NCBI GenBank assembly: GCA_963770875.1 | Contig: CAVYRE010000001.1 | Span: 148,064 to 212,063 of the forward strand | Source: an uncultured Chloroflexia bacterium | GTDB lineage: Bacteria > Chloroflexota > Limnocylindria > QHBO01 | DNA: 64,000 bases | Reading direction: 5' to 3' | Part shown: positions 59,162-64,000 of the stretch, one piece after another | How positions within the stretch are numbered: the stretch's first letter is position 1 | Layout of the letters: each line of letters opens with the position of its first letter | Position numbers and translations under genes: made by a program | Notes under the pieces: model-generated | Database searches by the model: none | Seen by the model: the letters and a program-made list of their open reading frames with translations, nothing else | What the model was told of the DNA's origin: nothing

Positions 59162-60082
59162 TCAGCGGGCAGAGCTGCCCTCGGCCCAGCGCAGCACGCG
59201 CATGGCGCGCAGCGTGTTCCATCGGCTCGGCCCGTCCTCGGCCTCCATCTCGAAGTGCACAGCTCCGGGGTAGGTGAGCTCGAGCAGCCAGCGCCCGTCC
59301 GCTTCACGCTTTCCCCGCAGCAGCTCGATCGCCTCCGTCACCCGCTCGTCCGGGGTGACGTCCGCGGCGCGGAGGTAGTCGAGCCCGCGGAGCACGTCGT
59401 AGTGCCAGCGGCCCGGGAACGCGAATCGTAGCCAGACGCCGGTGTTCGGCTCGATCACCTCGCCGGTGGAGAGCCGGCGGAAGAGGCGGCGGTCGAGGAT
59501 GTACTCCTGTCCGCGGAGGCGCGCGGCGGTCACGGCCGGGTCGGGTCCAACGGCCCGCTCGTACTCCAACAGCCCTTCCAGCACGTTGATGCTCGAGTCG
59601 AAGGAGCCGCGCACGGAGCCGCGCTCCTGCTCGCAGTTCCACCCGCCGTCGGCCATCTGGTCGTTGAGGAGGCGGTCGACGATGCCCTTCACGTCCTGTC
59701 CGAAGTAGGCGCCGATGGCCACGGCCTGGCCATTGATGCATGGCTCCACCTCGCCGTCGAAGAAGCGGAGGTTGTCGTACTCCCAGCGGGCGTTCTCGGC
59801 GACGAGCGCGACCGCGCGGCGGGCCTGGTCGCTCGCCGGGTCGAGGCCCATGCAGCGCAGGAGCGCCAGGGTGTTCGTGGTGGAGGTCCACTCCGGGAAG
59901 TAGGTGCCGCCGCCCCACTGGCCGTCCGCCGCCTGGAGCGCGAGGAGCTGCGCGCCCCACCCTTCCGTGGCGACCTTGGCGCGCTCCGCCGCGACGACCT
60001 CGGCCGGCTCGTCGGTCAGGTCGCGCATCACCTGCCAGCGGATCGAGGGGTCGGCGTCGAGCAGCCACTCGAGAACGGTCAT
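59162..60082 (-). CDS. hypothetical protein (alpha-helical repeat, possibly alpha/alpha-toroid fold)
   Basis: 306-aa ORF with W/D/G-rich repeats reminiscent of terpenoid-cyclase/prenyltransferase-like toroids. Confidence 0.5.
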   Translation of the reverse strand: MTVLEWLLDADPSIRWQVMRDLTDEPAEVVAAERAKVATEGWGAQLLALQAADGQWGGGTYFPEWTSTTNTLALLRCMGLDPASDQARRAVALVAENARWEYDNLRFFDGEVEPCINGQAVAIGAYFGQDVKGIVDRLLNDQMADGGWNCEQERGSVRGSFDSSINVLEGLLEYERAVGPDPAVTAARLRGQEYILDRRLFRRLSTGEVIEPNTGVWLRFAFPGRWHYDVLRGLDYLRAADVTPDERVTEAIELLRGKREADGRWLLELTYPGAVHFEMEAEDGPSRWNTLRAMRVLRWAEGSSAR

Positions 60083-60165
60083 CGGCTCACTCCGGTGGGG
60101 GTTGGGGAGTGTCTCATCGTAGGGGCGCCCGTTTGGAGGTCCTCGGGGCCTGGCGCCGGATGTTA

Positions 60166-60203
60166 CTTGGCCGTTACGCGCGCTGAGCGCAAATCTGCGG
60201 CCG
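60166..60203. repeat. solo REP-like palindromic unit (family A)
   Basis: CTTGGCCGTTACGCGCGCTGAGCGCAAATCTGCGGCC. Confidence 0.6.
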
Positions 60204-60206
60204 CCT

Positions 60207-60647
60207 CTAGCCGCCGGGTCCGAAGGTGGCGATCAGGCCGCGGATGAAGGCGTCCTTATCGGCCTGGGAGAGGTTGGCGTTGGGGTGCATGATCAGGTAG
60301 ACGAAGGGCGGCATGCTGCCCTGGCGGACCGCCTCGGCCCCCTCGCTCTCTCCGTGGCCGCGGGAGCCCCAGGTCGACCAGTTGAGGGTGGCGCGGCCCT
60401 CGTCGACGTCGTGCTGGATCAGCCACGAGAAGGGGGCGATGTTCGAGTACCACGGCCAGACGGTCTGGTTGCTGTGGCAGTCGAAGCAGGCGGTCACGGC
60501 GTACGCGCGGGTCGCGGGCGAGTCCCACTTCGGCTCCCCGGTGACCGCCGGGTTGGTGTGGTCGCGCCCGTACGGAACGAGCTGGATAACGCCGAAGCCA
60601 ATGATGCCGGTGAGGCCGATGAGGAGGATGAGCCGCCGGAGGCTCAA
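60207..60647 (-). CDS. heme-binding domain (CxxCH) membrane-anchored protein
   Basis: TTG start after GAGGT; N-terminal TM LILLIGLTGIIGFGV; CFDCHSN motif. Confidence 0.55.
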   Translation of the reverse strand: MSLRRLILLIGLTGIIGFGVIQLVPYGRDHTNPAVTGEPKWDSPATRAYAVTACFDCHSNQTVWPWYSNIAPFSWLIQHDVDEGRATLNWSTWGSRGHGESEGAEAVRQGSMPPFVYLIMHPNANLSQADKDAFIRGLIATFGPGG

Positions 60648-61108
60648 CGTGGTACCTCGGTCAGGAAGACCGGCACCACGCCCTCGACGGAGCGCCGCAG
60701 GTCCGCCTCGGACCGGATGCGCTTGCCGAGCCCCAGGTAGACGGCCCTGACGTAGAGCGGCCGATCGCGGAAGACCTCCACCGACAGGTCGCCGGCATCC
60801 ACGCCGCCGACCTTCGCGCGCGCCACGTACCGCCTCCCGCGGTTCCAGGCCCGGCAGGTGGGATGCGCCAGCAGGTTCATCAGCCACCGCGCCTGGTAGC
60901 CGTCGCCGGCCAGCACCCACAGCCCGTCGGCATCGCGCCGCGCGACGTCGAGCACCACGCGGCGCGGCTTGCCGGTGCGACGCCCGGTCGTCTCGATCAT
61001 CACCAGCCATGGCACCAGCCGGCTCAGGTGCAGGGCGAAGGCAAGCTCCGGGGCGCGCATGAACCAGCGCGGCAGGCGCTGGGTCGGCCGGAGGGCGGCG
61101 GTTGTCAT
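60644..61108 (-). CDS. deazaflavin-dependent nitroreductase family protein (DUF385/PNPOx-like)
   Basis: MTTAALRPTQRLPRWFMRAPELAFALHLSRLVPW...TTGRRTGKPRRVVLDVA; upstream 300 codons of track ORF are junk. Confidence 0.7.
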   Translation of the reverse strand: MTTAALRPTQRLPRWFMRAPELAFALHLSRLVPWLVMIETTGRRTGKPRRVVLDVARRDADGLWVLAGDGYQARWLMNLLAHPTCRAWNRGRRYVARAKVGGVDAGDLSVEVFRDRPLYVRAVYLGLGKRIRSEADLRRSVEGVVPVFLTEVPR

Positions 61109-61758
61109 GGGCCGATTGGCTCGACCGGCTGGCGGATCAGCGTCTTGAGCCGATCCGGCGCGGTGCGGTTCGGGTCGCCGATGTAGATCTCGTGGTGGCA
61201 GCCGCGCGCTTGCAGCCCGGCCAGGCCGATGGCGGCGTGGAGCCGCGCGATCGTCGGCGACTCCGCGTCGTACGGGCCGACATGGAGGATCTGCGCCACC
61301 TCGCCCTCGATCCATTCCTCGGCGCGCAGCTGGTCGAGGAGCGGGGGACGCTTCTTGTGGAATACCTCGTCGATGGCCGAGGCGATGTCGGCTTCGGTCG
61401 CCTCCTCGGGGAGCGGCAGCATGAGGCGCCAGCTCCACGAGCCGCGCTGCTGGTCGCTGACGGCGAACTGGGCCGGGGTGATGGGCGTCGCCTCGTCGAT
61501 CCAGTAGAGGCCCTCGAGCGCCCCCACCGGCGCCTGGATGCCGCGCCGCTTCAACGCGAAGTGGAGGGTGTAGGCGACCGGGTAGAGGGTCCCGATCGCG
61601 TCGCGGAAGCCCGGCGCGCCGGGCTCGTCGGTCCCGTCGATCATCAGGTAGCGGCGGAGGGGGATCTCCAGCCAGCGGACACGGTCCGCATGCGCCGTGA
61701 TCTCGTCGCGGTAGTCGGAAACGCGCTCGAATTCGACACGGTGGGCAGTGAGGACCAT
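61105..61758 (-). CDS. GyrI-like small-molecule-binding domain protein
   Basis: 217 aa; duplicated GyrI-like halves. Confidence 0.65.
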   Translation of the reverse strand: MVLTAHRVEFERVSDYRDEITAHADRVRWLEIPLRRYLMIDGTDEPGAPGFRDAIGTLYPVAYTLHFALKRRGIQAPVGALEGLYWIDEATPITPAQFAVSDQQRGSWSWRLMLPLPEEATEADIASAIDEVFHKKRPPLLDQLRAEEWIEGEVAQILHVGPYDAESPTIARLHAAIGLAGLQARGCHHEIYIGDPNRTAPDRLKTLIRQPVEPIGP

Positions 61759-61884
61759 GGCCGACCTCCTCGGGAAGCTGTTCGCGTGAGCGTCGCGCCG
61801 CGAGGGTGGGCGGTCCAGTGCCGGTTGGCCCTTGGGTAGAGGGGGCCATTGGTCGCGTAGTGCGCGCAGGCCCGTTCCATGGCG

Positions 61885-62018
61885 CGACAGTCACGGGGTG
61901 GCTACAACGGGGAAGGAGCGGCGTCTTGTTCCCCTCCGGCGCCACGTGGTGACGATTCAGCCACCGAGCGGGGGGTATCGGGGCATTCTTCCCCGTTGTG
62001 GTCATCTGGTGACCACGA
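61885..62018. repeat. MITE-like element with terminal inverted repeats (family B, copy 2)
   Basis: CACGGGGTGGCTACAACGGGGAAGG ... CATTCTTCCCCGTTGTGGTCATCTGGTGACC. Confidence 0.6.
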
Positions 62019-62066
62019 GCTAGGCGGGGTCGACGCCGCGCGCGGATTGGCGTTGGGGCAGGCGCG

Positions 62067-62741
62067 CTACCCAGGGATCAGGAGCCGTCCTGCCTCCGCG
62101 ATGCGGCGCATCCAGGGAAGCTCGCGATCCAGGGTCGTCTCGGGGCCGTGGCCCGGGAGCACGCGCACGGCCGCAGGCAGCTCGGACGCGAGGCGGGTGA
62201 GCGACGCGACCATCTCCGCGTCCGACCCACCGGGAAGGTCGGTGCGGCCGTACGAGCCGGCGAAGAGCACGTCCCCGGAGAGGAGCAGCGCCTCGCGCTC
62301 CTCGTAGAGGCAGACGGACCCCTCGGTGTGGCCGGGGAGGTGCAGCACGTCCCACACCAGGTCGCCGATGCGCAGCTGCTCCCCCTCGTGCAGGTCGACC
62401 GTCGCCACCGCCCGCTCGACCTCGAAGCCGTAGTTGTTCGGTGCACTGAGCCGATACGCATCGTCGGGGTGGATGGCGAGCGGCGCGCCGGAAGCTCGCA
62501 TCAACGGCCCGTTGTCGAAGATGTGGTCGATGTGGCCGTGCGAGTCGGCGATCAGGTGCAGCCGCAGCCCGTTGGCCGCGATCCGCTCCATCAGCGACGG
62601 GGCGGCGCCCATCCCCGGGTCGAGCACCAGGGCATCGGGCGAGCGGCCGTCCCAGACGAGGTACGCGTTGGTCTGCCACGGGCCGAAGGCGCCGACCTCG
62701 AGGTGCGGATGCGAGGCGTCGGTCCGCGCGACCTCGGTCAC
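62067..62741 (-). CDS. MBL-fold metallo-hydrolase (hydroxyacylglutathione hydrolase-like)
   Basis: HLIADSHGHIDH motif. Confidence 0.8.
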   Translation of the reverse strand: MTEVARTDASHPHLEVGAFGPWQTNAYLVWDGRSPDALVLDPGMGAAPSLMERIAANGLRLHLIADSHGHIDHIFDNGPLMRASGAPLAIHPDDAYRLSAPNNYGFEVERAVATVDLHEGEQLRIGDLVWDVLHLPGHTEGSVCLYEEREALLLSGDVLFAGSYGRTDLPGGSDAEMVASLTRLASELPAAVRVLPGHGPETTLDRELPWMRRIAEAGRLLIPG

Positions 62742-63553
62742 TGCTCGGAGGAGTCGGCCGGACCGATCGGGCCGGATCGGCCCTGCTCGAGGGTGAGGCC
62801 CAGGAAGCGAGCCAGCTCATCGGTCAGGCGGTCCTCGACGGCGGCCGCGTCGACCGGGTGGCCGAGCTCGCGGGCGAGGGAGGTGACCTCGCGGTCCGCG
62901 ATCCCGCACGGGATCATCTCGTCGAACCAGCGCAGGTCCGTGTTCACGTTGAGCGCCAGCCCGTGGGTCGTGACGCCGCGCCGCACGCGCACCCCGATGG
63001 CGGCCAGCTTGCGCCGGCCCTCGACCCAGACGCCGACCAGCCCCGGCTCGAGGCCCGCCTCGACCCCGAAGGCGGCGGCGGTGGCGATGATCGCCTCCTC
63101 CAGGGAGCGGACGTAGCGGCGCAGGTCGAGCGGGTCGCGCAGCTCGACGATGGGATAGGCCACGATCTGCCCCGGCCCGTGGAAGGTGATGTCACCGCCG
63201 CGGTCGACGCGGATGAACTCCGCACCGAGTTCCCGCAGGCGGGCCGGGGTCGCCAGCAGGTTCGCCTCGTCCCCGCCGCGGCCGATCGTGTAGACCGGGA
63301 AGTGTTCGACGAGCAGCAGCCGATCCCCGATGCGCCGACCGCGTCGCTGCTCGGCCAGCTCGTCCTGGAGCTCCCAGGTGGGCTGGTAGGCGACCGTGCC
63401 GAGGCGCTGCACGGTGAGCCGCCCGCCGTGGGCGAGGAGGAGCGGGCGCTCGTCGCTCGCCGGCTCGAAGGGAGCGTCGCGGCGAGGCCGCGCCACGCGG
63501 GGCTGGTCGAGGGCCTCGGTGGGTCCGCGGCTGATGTCGCGCATCTGGACCAT
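62738..63553 (-). CDS. lipB: lipoyl(octanoyl) transferase LipB
   Basis: ...LLLVEHFPVYTIGRGG...RGGDITFHGPGQIVAYPI...KLAAIGVRVRRGVTTHGLALNV; start choice 63553 vs 63544 uncertain. Confidence 0.8.
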   Translation of the reverse strand: MVQMRDISRGPTEALDQPRVARPRRDAPFEPASDERPLLLAHGGRLTVQRLGTVAYQPTWELQDELAEQRRGRRIGDRLLLVEHFPVYTIGRGGDEANLLATPARLRELGAEFIRVDRGGDITFHGPGQIVAYPIVELRDPLDLRRYVRSLEEAIIATAAAFGVEAGLEPGLVGVWVEGRRKLAAIGVRVRRGVTTHGLALNVNTDLRWFDEMIPCGIADREVTSLARELGHPVDAAAVEDRLTDELARFLGLTLEQGRSGPIGPADSSEQ

Positions 63554-63564
63554 CGGCTCGGACG

Positions 63565-64000
63565 TCAGGTGGTGGCGGTGCCGGGACCGCCGCGCAGGCC
63601 GCGCAGCGCCTCGATCATGCCGAGGTGACGGCTGACGTGGGACAGGTGGCGGATCAGCGAGTCGTCGAGCGGGGCGGTTCCGCCGAGCAGGTTGTCGGCG
63701 TCGCGCAGGATCGTCTCGTCGTCGAGCGCGCCCAGGCACTGCTCCAGGTCCGAGAAGGCGCCGCGCAGGTAGGTGGTCAGCTGGTCGCGGCCGGGGAAGG
63801 GGAGCTGAGCCGCTTCCTCGTCGGGCAGCTCCATGCCGGTGTCGCCCTTGCCCTGCTCGGCGGGGAAGCGCCACTTGGTGGGGAGCCCCTCGCGGGTCCA
63901 GCGCTGCGGGTTGCCGCTGATCACCTCCGCCCAGCGGTCCGCCCAGCGGCCGGCGTGCCAGAGGTGGAAGGCGATCGACGGGGAGGTGGGGCCGGGCTGC
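63565..64000 (-). CDS. DinB_2/DUF664-like protein, 5' end beyond window
   Basis: Frame remains open upstream to 64000 reading ...IAFHLWHAGRWADRWAEVISGNPQRW (DinB_2 HxxxH helix). Confidence 0.55.
   Translation of the reverse strand, partial: QPGPTSPSIAFHLWHAGRWADRWAEVISGNPQRWTREGLPTKWRFPAEQGKGDTGMELPDEEAAQLPFPGRDQLTTYLRGAFSDLEQCLGALDDETILRDADNLLGGTAPLDDSLIRHLSHVSRHLGMIEALRGLRGGPGTATT

Overview
This is high-GC (about 70%) bacterial chromosomal DNA, actinobacterial-like, with frequent ATGA/GTGA start-stop overlaps, several DinB-family genes and F420-type flavoenzymes.

**Left third (1-20 kb), housekeeping and metabolism:**
- A partial pyruvate dehydrogenase E1 gene (aceE) runs off the window start, followed by plsY and a pgsA-like gene.
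- A DrrAB-type ABC exporter sits next to a sarcosine-oxidase-like soxA-(G)-B-D cluster that carries an extra FAD oxidoreductase.
- An ATP-grasp/esterase pair.
- A PspC / PspC-histidine-kinase / LuxR-regulator envelope-stress module.

**From about 20 kb to the end, accessory region:**
- Eight toxin-antitoxin-like pairs: VapBC x3 (31624-32248; 36392-36957; Phd/VapC 53998-54695), HicAB, DUF4258/DUF2283, BrnTA, AbrB/PIN and RHH/MazF.
- Four class III nucleotidyl-cyclase genes.
- Numerous genes carrying single-base frame disruptions.
- Two families of small paralogous proteins.
- A dense family of composite palindromic (REP/BIME-like) repeat clusters at 8 intergenic loci.
- A second MITE-like inverted-repeat element present in 2 copies.
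- A lower-GC islet (about 40.6-44.0 kb) inserted into a gene.

That islet is the most promising candidate for a previously undescribed system. It carries an Mrr-type PD-(D/E)xK nuclease-domain protein translationally coupled to an unassignable 650-aa protein with a C-terminal hydrophobic helix, and is bordered by an HNH-nuclease pseudogene; this looks like a defence module.

All coordinates come from the ORF track plus codon arithmetic, and product calls rest on motif recognition by eye, not on database searches.
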